64,000 nucleotides of DNA, taken from positions 1 through 64,000 of the forward strand of contig JAEHCQ010000008.1 of the NCBI GenBank assembly GCA_020696385.1, in the 5' to 3' direction. A model generated the notes under the pieces. That model was not told the origin of the DNA, searched no databases, and was given only the letters and a program-made list of their open reading frames with translations. Shown in pieces: positions 55,255-64,000 of the stretch (its first letter is position 1; every line of letters begins with the position of its first letter). The position numbers and the translations under genes are program-made. This stretch comes from Methanobacteriota archaeon. Its GTDB lineage: Archaea; Thermoplasmatota; Thermoplasmata; SG8-5; JAGLSY01.

Positions 55255-55983
55255 TTACTTAAATCTTATAGTTTCGACATTGAACTCTTTATCCTTGCCA
55301 AGAATTGTCGGAATGAGCTTGCCCGCATCCCGGATCATCATCTTCTTGTACTTGCCAGCCAGTGTCTTCATATGAGCCTCCATGCCATCCCCAATGACGG
55401 CGGCTGTGAACTCTGTCGCAGTTCCACTTGGATCAATAACAAATAGCCTTGGATGGTCGAAGTTCGTCGCAATGAGAAGACCCACTCCCAGTGGCCTTAC
55501 ATCCTTTTTTATTGTGTGCGACCAATAAATCTCTTTTATGGTGAAAAGCATATCATCCACATTCTTGAAATCCTTGTTTCGAAGCTGGTTCAATATCATG
55601 GAGCCATCCATTGCCAGACCTGCTGTTCCTATCATGACCTTATCGGATAATCTGTGGATCTTCATCGGAGACATCATTAGTGAATTGCCAGCCTTGGCAG
55701 ATATGTCCTCAGATGCCATTAAGATACCATCTGTGCATATTATTCCCATGACACTGGCTCCGCGCTTCACACTTTCCCTGGCGTACTCGATCTGATGTAT
55801 GCGGCCTTCGGGCGAGAAGAAATTATCAGTGTCATAGCCCTTGGATATCGGGCCTATGGTATTCAGGAATTGAACGATCGCCGCTCTGGCTAGCTCTGCC
55901 TTATTTCCGAACATCCCGCTCTTTATCACCATGTCCAGATAGTTATCTACCTCATCTGGAATTACAACCCTTAGCTCTGACAT
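55255..55983 (-). CDS. Ribbon-helix-helix domain fused to divergent proteasome alpha-subunit domain
   Basis: aa 1-42 LRVVIPDEVDNYLDMVIKSGMFGNKAELARAAI..FL (RHH pattern), then GYD...FSPEGRIHQIEYA, RPLGV.LL and LF.IDPSG (alpha-subunit signatures); AGGGGT RBS before ATG 55983. Confidence 0.82.
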   Translation of the reverse strand: MSELRVVIPDEVDNYLDMVIKSGMFGNKAELARAAIVQFLNTIGPISKGYDTDNFFSPEGRIHQIEYARESVKRGASVMGIICTDGILMASEDISAKAGNSLMMSPMKIHRLSDKVMIGTAGLAMDGSMILNQLRNKDFKNVDDMLFTIKEIYWSHTIKKDVRPLGVGLLIATNFDHPRLFVIDPSGTATEFTAAVIGDGMEAHMKTLAGKYKKMMIRDAGKLIPTILGKDKEFNVETIRFK

Positions 55984-56137
55984 CTTCAATACCCCTTGTT
56001 GATTTATACATATCATCCGCCAAAACGGACTTTTAACGTATGATAACAGTATGTTAGATGTATTATATAAGGATTTGTGCCTAAAATTGAAAAAATGAGA
56101 TAATGTTTTGGATATCGAACTTGTATAGTAGTGACCA

Positions 56138-56353
56138 TTACCCGGATATGATAGCGCCAACCCTCTGTATCATATTGGGATACAGATCCGCGGGTACGTT
56201 TTCAGGTCCTATCGCCTCCGCCACCATATACCGGGCACATTGAGTACTATCCCCCATACAATAATTCTTCTTGTATAACTGTGCCATCCCAGGTTTATCG
56301 GCCATCCTGTCATTGAAAAATGGGCAGGCTTCCAACATCTTACATTCTGACAT
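56138..56353 (-). CDS. Small 4-Cys protein (C-x5-CPFF...YC...CARY...DLYPN), copy 1
   Basis: 71 aa from ATG 56353 with GGGTGA RBS; paralog of 57593-57826. Confidence 0.8.
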   Translation of the reverse strand: MSECKMLEACPFFNDRMADKPGMAQLYKKNYCMGDSTQCARYMVAEAIGPENVPADLYPNMIQRVGAIISG

Positions 56354-56489
56354 AATATTCACCCTCGCTCTTCCTATGATACATAATTGATTTTTAGATA
56401 TAAATAAATTCCTAATTGTGCATAAACTCACACAAACCGAAATAATGAAGACACGAAAATTTATCAGCATTTACTGTATAACGGGGTGT

Positions 56490-57506
56490 ATGACGGGTGA
56501 AGGAACGACAAATGCGAAGGAAACCGTATTCGCCAAAATTATCAAGATAAAAAATGATCTGGTATTCGTAGGCAGTTTCCTCTTTGATAACTATCGCACA
56601 GTAGTGATGAAGATGGGATATGGAGGAGAGGTGGAATGGCTGCGATTGTTTGGAGAAGGGGAGAAGGATCATGAGGGACAGAATGTAGCTGCCCTGGGCG
56701 ATGAATTACTGGTATGTGGCTGCTGCGATGGAATAGCAGACCCGAAGGGAGGAAGTGGTTGGAAAGCCTATCTGATGAAGCTGGATGCGAATGGAGAAAA
56801 GGTCTGGGAAAAGATATTCGATTGGGGAACCAGCGCCTGTGCTTATTCTGTAGTGACCAATAAAGAATATATCTATTTATTTGGAGAGGTAAGACAAGAA
56901 TCGGGGAATACTGATGTATTCCTTCTGAAGCTGGATGGACAGGGCGATGTGATCTGGGAAAAGCAATTCAATTGCGGTCTCAATGTCATGGCCAGCGGCC
57001 TGGTCATTGTGAATGATATGATGATCATAGGTGGAAGCCACAAGACCCCGGAAGGTTGGAAGTTCAAACACTGGAAGGTGGATGAGAATGGCGAGATAAT
57101 ATGGGAGAAATATTTTGATGATCTGTGTATAATGCACATGGGCACCCTGAAAGATGATATCCTGCTGGCTGGCCAGAAAGGAGTGGAGACCTTCCTCATG
57201 AAAATGAGCCAGAATGGAGAAATGCTGTGGGGCGGACTATTTGGCATTGGCATAGCCACTTCGGTCAAAGCCTCAGGGGAGAATATCCTGATGGCTGGTG
57301 ATGCTGTTGTTGATGGGAAGAATCGACCATCCTTCTTCATAGTGGATGGACAAGGTGATATCAGGGTCCAAAGAATATTCGATAGAGATGGATACTTCGA
57401 GGCGGTCATTGGAATAGATAAAGGCCATGTACTGAGTCTTCAAAAACCAAAGCCAGACAATCATGCGGTGATAGTTGTTCTGGATGATAAGGGAGATCCT
57501 CTTTAG
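56490..57506 (+). CDS. Beta-propeller repeat protein
   Basis: Repeated (L/M)KLD..G..(V/I)WEK blades; ATG 56490 has a GGGGTG RBS. Confidence 0.75.
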   Translation: MTGEGTTNAKETVFAKIIKIKNDLVFVGSFLFDNYRTVVMKMGYGGEVEWLRLFGEGEKDHEGQNVAALGDELLVCGCCDGIADPKGGSGWKAYLMKLDANGEKVWEKIFDWGTSACAYSVVTNKEYIYLFGEVRQESGNTDVFLLKLDGQGDVIWEKQFNCGLNVMASGLVIVNDMMIIGGSHKTPEGWKFKHWKVDENGEIIWEKYFDDLCIMHMGTLKDDILLAGQKGVETFLMKMSQNGEMLWGGLFGIGIATSVKASGENILMAGDAVVDGKNRPSFFIVDGQGDIRVQRIFDRDGYFEAVIGIDKGHVLSLQKPKPDNHAVIVVLDDKGDPL

Positions 57507-57592
57507 ATCAGAGAATTGAAGCTACCAAATCGGATCGGAGAATTAAAAAAATCATGAGCATTCAGGCCACATATTATGGATATCGATCACCA

Positions 57593-57826
57593 TTATTTCG
57601 TGGAGATCAGCTCCTTGGCTCTATTGATCATATTTGGATAAAGATCTGATGGAGCATTTTCGAGTCCAAGTGCCTTGATCACCATGTATCTGGCACAGAT
57701 ATTATAACCACCATTACAGTATTTCTTCTTGTACATTACCGCGATGCCTGGCCTGGCCACCAGCTCATCCGTGAAAAAGGGGCATTTTTCTGTGATCTCA
57801 CACTCAATTATCCTATGTTCAGACAT
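57593..57826 (-). CDS. Small 4-Cys protein, copy 2
   Basis: CEITEKCPFF...YC...CARYMV...DLYPNM. Confidence 0.8.
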   Translation of the reverse strand: MSEHRIIECEITEKCPFFTDELVARPGIAVMYKKKYCNGGYNICARYMVIKALGLENAPSDLYPNMINRAKELISTK

Positions 57827-58158
57827 GTTCTCCCTCTAAATTAACTATTGTTAACGTTGTATATAAATTTTATGGTAATTGGCCAACAATGAAATGGTGG
57901 AAATATTCAAAAAAATACCGCCATTGGAGTAAATACTAAAATTAAAATATAAATAATACCGTATTAGCTCTTCTAATCGCGTAGAAATATACCGAATATA
58001 TGCAATTAGAACCTCATCAATATAATTTAACTGAACTCAAAGCCAAATTAGGCTTTGAGAGTTTGAGGTTATGGCCTTCAATTTAAATTTCAGGTCCTTT
58101 AGAATCTGTAATTTAAACGATCATTTTAATACCAAGAATCTATGCCCCTTTTGATACT

Positions 58159-59448
58159 ATGCCGGCAAAAGTAATACTTGGTACGCAGTGGGGCGATGAA
58201 GGCAAAGGAAAGATCACGGATCTTACAGCCGATGAGGCGGAGATGGTTGTGCGTTTCCAGGGAGGGAATAATGCTGGCCACACAATAGTTATCGATGGCC
58301 AGACCTTCAAATTGCACCTCGTGCCATCCGGAATTCTCAGAAAGGATACTATCTCGGTCGTGGGGAATGGAGTTGTTCTGGACCCAGCAGCTTTCCTCAA
58401 GGAACTGGACCAACTGAAAGAGGGAAATGTCGAGATGGGACAGCTTAAAATTTCAGATAGATTACATGTCATTATGCCGTATCACCGCACGATCGACGGC
58501 CTTGAAGAGGCGGCCAAAGGAAATCTGGCTGCCGGAACCACCAGGCGTGGCATCGGCCCCTGTTATTCGGACAAGACCGCTCGCTTCGGCTTGCGAATGT
58601 GCGATATGATGGATCCCGAAGCTTTCATGCATAAACTGAAAGTCGCATATCCACTGAAAGCCGGCTATATCAAAGCACTGGGTGGGGAAATCGAGCAGAC
58701 CATGGATGAGATATTCGAGGAATACATGACTCTCGCAGACAGGCTGAGGCCGTATGTTTGCGACGTGTCGGTTCTGATAAACGACGCTCTGGACCAGGGC
58801 AAGAATGTGCTCTTCGAGGGAGCGCAGGGAACCCATCTGGATATCGATCATGGTGTTTACCCGTATGGGACATCCTCATCCACGATCACCGGTGGATGTC
58901 TAATCGGGACTGGAGTCGGCCCAAAGCGACTTGACAAGGTTATTGGAATTGTCAAGGCATACACCAGCCGTGTAGGCACTGGCCCCTTCCCCACTGAGCT
59001 TTTCGATGATATTGGAGAGCATATCGCTGACAAAGGCGGCGAGTTTGGAACCACCACTGGCCGAAAAAGACGTGTCGGATGGCTGGACCTCGTCATGGTG
59101 GAATATGCAGTTCGTGTCAATGGGCTGGACAGTCTCGTGATAACCAAGTCCGACGTACTGGCCGGCATGGACGAGATCAAGATCGCCACACATTACAAGC
59201 TGGATGGTAAGGACATCCATCATTTCCCTGCCAGTATGGCGCAGGTGGAGAAATGTGTTCCTCAATACCACACGATGGCTGGCTGGCCTGACCTGAAAAA
59301 GGAAGAATGGGATGCCATCGCGAGTAAAGGACGCGATGGGTTACCAGAAGGCCTGGCTGCTTACATCACTTTCATAGAAGCGAACCTGAAAGTTCCTGTT
59401 GAGATCGTATCTTATGGACCTGGACGAGAAGAGAACATCTACCTGTAA
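58159..59448 (+). CDS. purA: Adenylosuccinate synthetase
   Basis: QWGDEGKGK, GGNNAGHT, EGAQG and GTTTGRKRR. Confidence 0.98.
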   Translation: MPAKVILGTQWGDEGKGKITDLTADEAEMVVRFQGGNNAGHTIVIDGQTFKLHLVPSGILRKDTISVVGNGVVLDPAAFLKELDQLKEGNVEMGQLKISDRLHVIMPYHRTIDGLEEAAKGNLAAGTTRRGIGPCYSDKTARFGLRMCDMMDPEAFMHKLKVAYPLKAGYIKALGGEIEQTMDEIFEEYMTLADRLRPYVCDVSVLINDALDQGKNVLFEGAQGTHLDIDHGVYPYGTSSSTITGGCLIGTGVGPKRLDKVIGIVKAYTSRVGTGPFPTELFDDIGEHIADKGGEFGTTTGRKRRVGWLDLVMVEYAVRVNGLDSLVITKSDVLAGMDEIKIATHYKLDGKDIHHFPASMAQVEKCVPQYHTMAGWPDLKKEEWDAIASKGRDGLPEGLAAYITFIEANLKVPVEIVSYGPGREENIYL

Positions 59449-59459
59449 TAGGAACAAAA

Positions 59460-60035
59460 CTACCTTAGATTCCTGTCAGAATCCTTGATGAAGAAGGTTT
59501 GAACCAGTGCTCCGAATATGAATATTCCAATTCCGGCCAATGCCGCCATCCAGGGATCAGATTGCATGGTCGCGCCCTCTCCAAGACCAGTATCTTCCAT
59601 AAGTATGACGAATACCGCGAGTCCGGAGAGAATTCCTCCAATGAGGGCTGTAACCACTGCTATGAGATCATCCATGTAATAGTATGATAATCCAAATACG
59701 ATGAAGAACACGATTATCACGGGGATCCACCAGCCAGCGCCTCCAATGAAGTAGACGATCCCGGCTGCCAGAACTCCCATTATGAGGGCGAGAGCGATCT
59801 CCACCAGGGAACCAAAGAGCCAGGAACCGAATATGCCGCCGATGAAGCCGACTATCATGGCCATCCACCAATCCCAGCCCATGATGAAGGATGCGAAGAA
59901 GTAAGCGAGGAACCAGCCGATGAAACCACCGATTATCGACATCATGGATTCCCACATTGCCCTTCCGAAGAAGGCCAGCAATAATCCCACACCTAGTAAT
60001 ATCAGACCCAGTATCAGTAAAATTCCTTCAGCCAT
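59460..60035 (-). CDS. Gly-rich multi-TM membrane protein (DUF4203/TM7S3-like)
   Basis: LAFFG...GF.G...TAL.GG...Q pattern; about 7 TM. Confidence 0.7.
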   Translation of the reverse strand: MAEGILLILGLILLGVGLLLAFFGRAMWESMMSIIGGFIGWFLAYFFASFIMGWDWWMAMIVGFIGGIFGSWLFGSLVEIALALIMGVLAAGIVYFIGGAGWWIPVIIVFFIVFGLSYYYMDDLIAVVTALIGGILSGLAVFVILMEDTGLGEGATMQSDPWMAALAGIGIFIFGALVQTFFIKDSDRNLR

Positions 60036-60195
60036 CTTTTCACCACCACTTTAGCAATGTATTGTCGCGGTGGCATATAAAATTAAGGGGTAATATGAAC
60101 ATCAGAGTCTGAATTATCTACCATCCTTCGAGGGTGGGTTGTATTCGATAAATATTCGTGGCGGGGGCGGAGCCAGGTGGGAGTGGGACGAGTCC

Positions 60196-60828
60196 TTATT
60201 GAGTACCCTCAACCCTTACCTCGCCAGTATCCTTATCCACATGCACCAGGCCAGCGGCGAACCACTGAACCACCATTGGTAGAAGCACATGCTCCTTTGC
60301 AAGTACTCGGGATTGCAAAGTTTCGGGAGTGTCGTCAGATAGCACCGGGATCTCCAATTGGCCAATGACCGGGCCGCCATCCACCTCTTCACTCACGAAG
60401 TGAACCGAGCAGCCAGACATCTTTTTTCCAGACTCCAGAACAGCTCGGTGGACATTGAGACCATGAAATCCTGGACCTCCGAAATCCGGCAAAAGTGATG
60501 GGTGGATATTGATTATCTTCCACTCGTATTTGTTTACAAAATATGGCGTGAACATACGGATGTACCCAGCCAGAACTATCAGATCAATATGATGCTTGTC
60601 GATTTCCTCCGCGACAAGCTTCTCATGCTCCTCGCGGGACATGCCACGGTGGTTGATGAGCACGGATTCCGCGCCATGTTTCTTTCCACGCTCCAGGGCA
60701 TACGCTCCCGGATTATTGGCAATTACAAGAGTGACCTTGCCATCAATGTCACCATCCTCGCAAGCGTCTATTATTGCCTGAAGGTCAGTTCCACCACCAG
60801 ATGCTAATACACAGATATTGAAGCTCAT
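60196..60828 (-). CDS. purN: Phosphoribosylglycinamide formyltransferase
   Basis: LASGGGTDLQA, LAGY, INIHPSLLP and SVHFV...D.GP. Confidence 0.96.
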   Translation of the reverse strand: MSFNICVLASGGGTDLQAIIDACEDGDIDGKVTLVIANNPGAYALERGKKHGAESVLINHRGMSREEHEKLVAEEIDKHHIDLIVLAGYIRMFTPYFVNKYEWKIINIHPSLLPDFGGPGFHGLNVHRAVLESGKKMSGCSVHFVSEEVDGGPVIGQLEIPVLSDDTPETLQSRVLAKEHVLLPMVVQWFAAGLVHVDKDTGEVRVEGTQ

Positions 60829-61003
60829 CAGGACACCATAATGCGAGTTCGTTTAAATCAATTTTGCATTATTTCGTAATAATATGGATAATATATGGGG
60901 CAATATATGGAATAATATGCAAAAATGTATATGTCTTTGATAAAAAAGTTTTATATCCTATCGTGTATTTAGGCTTCAAGCTTGTAAATGGGGAGGCCAT
61001 TTT

Positions 61004-61741
61004 ATGTTCAAGGCAAAGGTAAAACCGGAAGTATTGAAAGAAGTGATAGAGATCATAGCCACACTGGTGGACGAAGCGAAGTTCTCGGTAGGAAAGACTG
61101 GATTAGTTATCAAAGCAGTCGATCCAGCCCATGTTGCCATGGTGGAGCTTAACATCAGCAAAGGCGGTTTCGAAGAATACAAGGCAGATGACAATGAGCT
61201 CGGTGTGGACATAGACAAGGTCAAAGAGGTTCTGAAACTGGCCAAGCCAGGTGATGAGATCACCATGGAGCACGACGAGGAGAAGAGCCAGATGGTCTTC
61301 AAGGTCGGAAATATCACAAGAAGGATGAGCCTGGTGGACACCACAGGGATCTCAGATCCAAAGGTTCCAAATCTCACATTGCCAGTTATTGTCAGCGTCA
61401 GAACACAGGAATTGAGGCAGGGCATAAGGGCATCTGAGAGCGTCAGCGACCACATTGCTTTGACAGCGACCCCGGATGGCTTCGAGATGGCATCAGAGGG
61501 AGATACTGATTCTGTTGATCTCAAGCTACCAAAGGACTTGTTGGAAAGCCTGGAATGTAAAGAGGAAGTTCGCAGTCTTTTCCCACTTGATTATTTCTCA
61601 AACATGATCAAGGCCATCAGTACGGGTACCGCGGTCACCATGAGGATGGGCAATGACTATCCTGTGAAGATCGAATTCTCCATAGCGGATGGAAAAGGAG
61701 AAGTAACTTACCTGCTGGCTCCGAGGATCGAATCTGATTAG
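61004..61741 (+). CDS. pcn: DNA polymerase sliding clamp PCNA
   Basis: AVDPAHVAMV and YLLAPRIE; 245 aa. Confidence 0.96.
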   Translation: MFKAKVKPEVLKEVIEIIATLVDEAKFSVGKTGLVIKAVDPAHVAMVELNISKGGFEEYKADDNELGVDIDKVKEVLKLAKPGDEITMEHDEEKSQMVFKVGNITRRMSLVDTTGISDPKVPNLTLPVIVSVRTQELRQGIRASESVSDHIALTATPDGFEMASEGDTDSVDLKLPKDLLESLECKEEVRSLFPLDYFSNMIKAISTGTAVTMRMGNDYPVKIEFSIADGKGEVTYLLAPRIESD

Positions 61742-61764
61742 GCCATTGGCCTCGGCACTGAATA

Positions 61765-61790
61765 ATGCTCGCTTAAAAATGAGCGAGCAT
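61765..61790 (+). terminator. Hairpin after pcn
   Basis: ATGCTCGCT-N8-AGCGAGCAT followed by T-rich sequence. Confidence 0.55.
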
Positions 61791-61885
61791 ATTTCCTATT
61801 GTAATAATTTTTATTATTCTAACTTAACATAAGATCGTGCAAGACACCGCATAGTTTTTAACTACCCAATTTATTATCCACTCAC

Positions 61886-64000
61886 ATGGAAGAGCCTATA
61901 TTGCACAATTTTCAACTTATTGGTCGAAAAGAGGAAAGGTCTGCATTTCAAGACCTTCTTAGCAGAATGGTGAAAGGAGAAGGAAGCACTCTTCTTGTTT
62001 CTGGAGAAGCAGGCATAGGTAAATCACGACTTATCGAAGAATACCGGAGGTGTGCGAATGAACATGCCAGGATACTGCACGGTTCTACAGATTCTAGCTC
62101 ACTCATACCATTTGAGATTTTCGCCAGGGCACTTGAAGGCATATCAAACCAACCAATTTTTCGTAAGCAGGAACATACATCTTTCTCGCATGTGTTTGCC
62201 GTGGATGGAGCAGGACTCCTACTAGCCCAGGCATCCTCAGAAGACTATGAACTGGATGCGGATATATTTGCAGGCATGCTCTCGGCAGTCCAGGGATTTG
62301 TCAGAGATTCGTTCGATCTCAGTGATGGAAAAAAATCAGGTCTTGGCAGGCTTGAATATGGTGATAAGAAGATCATAATGGAGCATGGCCAGCATATTTT
62401 TCTAACTGCAGTCTTCGATGGTGCTGAGCACAAAGATATGAAACAACTAGTAAAGGAAACCGTCAAGGCCATCGAGAGCGATCATGGCGACATACTCGAA
62501 TCCTGGTCCGGGAACATGGAGAAAATCAGGCCAATTGAAGTCATGGTCAATTATCTAGCAAATATCAAATTCCTTGTGAAGCAGAAGCTGGAGGGAGCTA
62601 CACTTGAGACAGAAAGGCTCAGGATAGCAGGCCAGATATTGGAAATTGTAACAGAACTGTCAAAGGAACAACCAGTGCTTATTCTGTTGGAGGACCTTCA
62701 CTGGGCAGAGGAATCATCCCTTTTCGTTCTGAACTTCCTGGCCAGGAACATCCGAAATGAGAGGGTCATGATACTTGGAACCCTGAGACCAAATGAGAGC
62801 CAGATACTTGATACAAGGCTTGAGAAAATGATAGAAGATGATCTTATCATTGAACAGAAGCTTAATGCTTTGAGCTCTGAAGAGGTCGTTTCCCTGGTAT
62901 CGGAACTATTCGCTGAAAATGATCTAACGGAAGATTTCATAAAGATGCTGGCTGGAAAATGCAAGGGCAATCCATTCTTCATCATCGAGCTTCTTGGACA
63001 GATGGTCGATGAAGGTAGCATAGGAGAGAAGAATGGAAAATACACCCTACTTAGCAAGGAATATTCCATCCCCAGCTCCATAGAGGATGTGGTACATCGT
63101 AAGCTGGAGAGGCTGGAGCCAAATGAGATCGCACTTGTGGAATATGCATCATGCATAGGCCTTCAATTCGATAGGGGCATAATGAACTCCATCCAGATCA
63201 TTCCAGACATATCTTCCACCCTGGATAAATTGGCCAGCACCAGGATATTCATTACCTATGATGATCATATCGAGTTCAGCCACGCCCTGTTCCAGGATGT
63301 GATATATCAGAGCATGGGGAGCAGATGGAGATATGCCTATCACAAGAATCTTGGCGATCATTATGAAAAAAATCATAATCAGAACCTTGATAATGTCATA
63401 TATGAACTGGCCAGGCATTATTCGAATAGCAAAGAACACTCAAAGGCATTCGATTATTGTATCATGGCCGGAGAGAAAGCAGAGTCTGAGTTTGCTCCAG
63501 AACAAGCATTGGAATTGTATAGATCCGCCCTTTCCGCCCATAGAAATCTGAGACAAAACACCCGCGAGGAGACAACTGTCGATCTTCTGGAGACAATAGG
63601 GGATCTCCTGGATCTGGTCAGTGAATGGGATAATGCCCTCCATATGTACGATGAGGCTTTCGGTATATCTAATGATAAGATAATCAAGGCCAGAATGCTC
63701 AGGAAAATGGGTGATGTCTATGAGAACAAGGGTGATTTCGATAAGACCTTGAAGGTTCTGGATGAGGCAAAGACCCTATTAGATGACAAGGCTTCCGATG
63801 AATATGCCAGGATATGTCACCTTGAAGGAGGCATATATGGTAAGAAAGGTGAACGGGAAAAAGGACTGGCTATCTTACAGGAAGGACTTGCCATATTTGA
63901 GGAGAAAGGCGACTCTCCCAGAGATATAGCGATAATTCTGAGAGCTATTGGTCTCTTCCATCTGCGTCTTGGCCAATTTGATCCTGCACTTGATAATTAT
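61886..64000 (+). CDS. STAND-class (AAA_16-like) ATPase + TPR protein with inserted longin-like domain (3' end outside window; absent from ORF track)
   Basis: Hand translation gives LIGRKEE, Walker A GEAGIGKS, Walker B ILLEDLHWA, GNPFF, IPSSI and FSHAL, then TPR-like helices; no in-frame stop seen before the window end. Confidence 0.88.
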   Translation, partial: MEEPILHNFQLIGRKEERSAFQDLLSRMVKGEGSTLLVSGEAGIGKSRLIEEYRRCANEHARILHGSTDSSSLIPFEIFARALEGISNQPIFRKQEHTSFSHVFAVDGAGLLLAQASSEDYELDADIFAGMLSAVQGFVRDSFDLSDGKKSGLGRLEYGDKKIIMEHGQHIFLTAVFDGAEHKDMKQLVKETVKAIESDHGDILESWSGNMEKIRPIEVMVNYLANIKFLVKQKLEGATLETERLRIAGQILEIVTELSKEQPVLILLEDLHWAEESSLFVLNFLARNIRNERVMILGTLRPNESQILDTRLEKMIEDDLIIEQKLNALSSEEVVSLVSELFAENDLTEDFIKMLAGKCKGNPFFIIELLGQMVDEGSIGEKNGKYTLLSKEYSIPSSIEDVVHRKLERLEPNEIALVEYASCIGLQFDRGIMNSIQIIPDISSTLDKLASTRIFITYDDHIEFSHALFQDVIYQSMGSRWRYAYHKNLGDHYEKNHNQNLDNVIYELARHYSNSKEHSKAFDYCIMAGEKAESEFAPEQALELYRSALSAHRNLRQNTREETTVDLLETIGDLLDLVSEWDNALHMYDEAFGISNDKIIKARMLRKMGDVYENKGDFDKTLKVLDEAKTLLDDKASDEYARICHLEGGIYGKKGEREKGLAILQEGLAIFEEKGDSPRDIAIILRAIGLFHLRLGQFDPALDNY

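Noticed and set aside
55117-55294. Near-duplicate 3' end as a DGR template/variable repeat pair
   Set aside because: Mismatches are not adenine-specific, the repeat is only about 41 bp, and no reverse transcriptase is present.
55255-55983. Calling this gene the canonical psmA
   Set aside because: It has an extra N-terminal domain, a shortened divergent body, and none of the usual psmA neighbourhood.
55984-56160. 59-aa N-terminal extension of the RHH-proteasome ORF given in the ORF track
   Set aside because: It runs through an AT-rich promoter-like region and overlaps the upstream gene; the RBS supports ATG 55983.
60155-60195. GC-rich stretch as a tRNA
   Set aside because: No cloverleaf or T-loop (GTTCRA) consensus could be built.

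Overview
Archaeal chromosomal window with archaeal-type GAPDH, TPI, PCNA, SAMP/UbaA and TATA-like promoters. Thermoplasmatota is my inference from gene content. Housekeeping genes are fbp-fba-tpiA, hypE, a Xaa-Pro peptidase, gap, a SAMP/ThiI-like/UbaA/NcsA sulfur-relay cluster, purA, purN and pcn. An accessory/defence stretch at about 8.7-21.4 kb carries a type IV-like TA pair, a Sau3AI/MutH-family nuclease with a C5 methyltransferase, an MNT-HEPN pair and Fic. There are also transporters and two very large cell-surface proteins. Most striking observations: (1) a multi-TM receptor-like protein with a C-terminal longin-like domain directly followed by two paralogous Rab-like small GTPases, with the same domain inserted between Walker A and B of a STAND ATPase-TPR protein at the window end; (2) a ribbon-helix-helix domain fused to a divergent proteasome alpha-subunit, with a diverged copy of its 3' end just downstream; (3) a hairpin + 4x35-bp repeat + AT-rich locus upstream of gap; (4) an M29 peptidase homologue lacking most metal ligands; (5) a DEAD-box helicase with a 29-Asn tract. 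I recognised no rRNA, tRNA, CRISPR array or transposase. All family assignments come from motif recognition by eye; no database searches were run.
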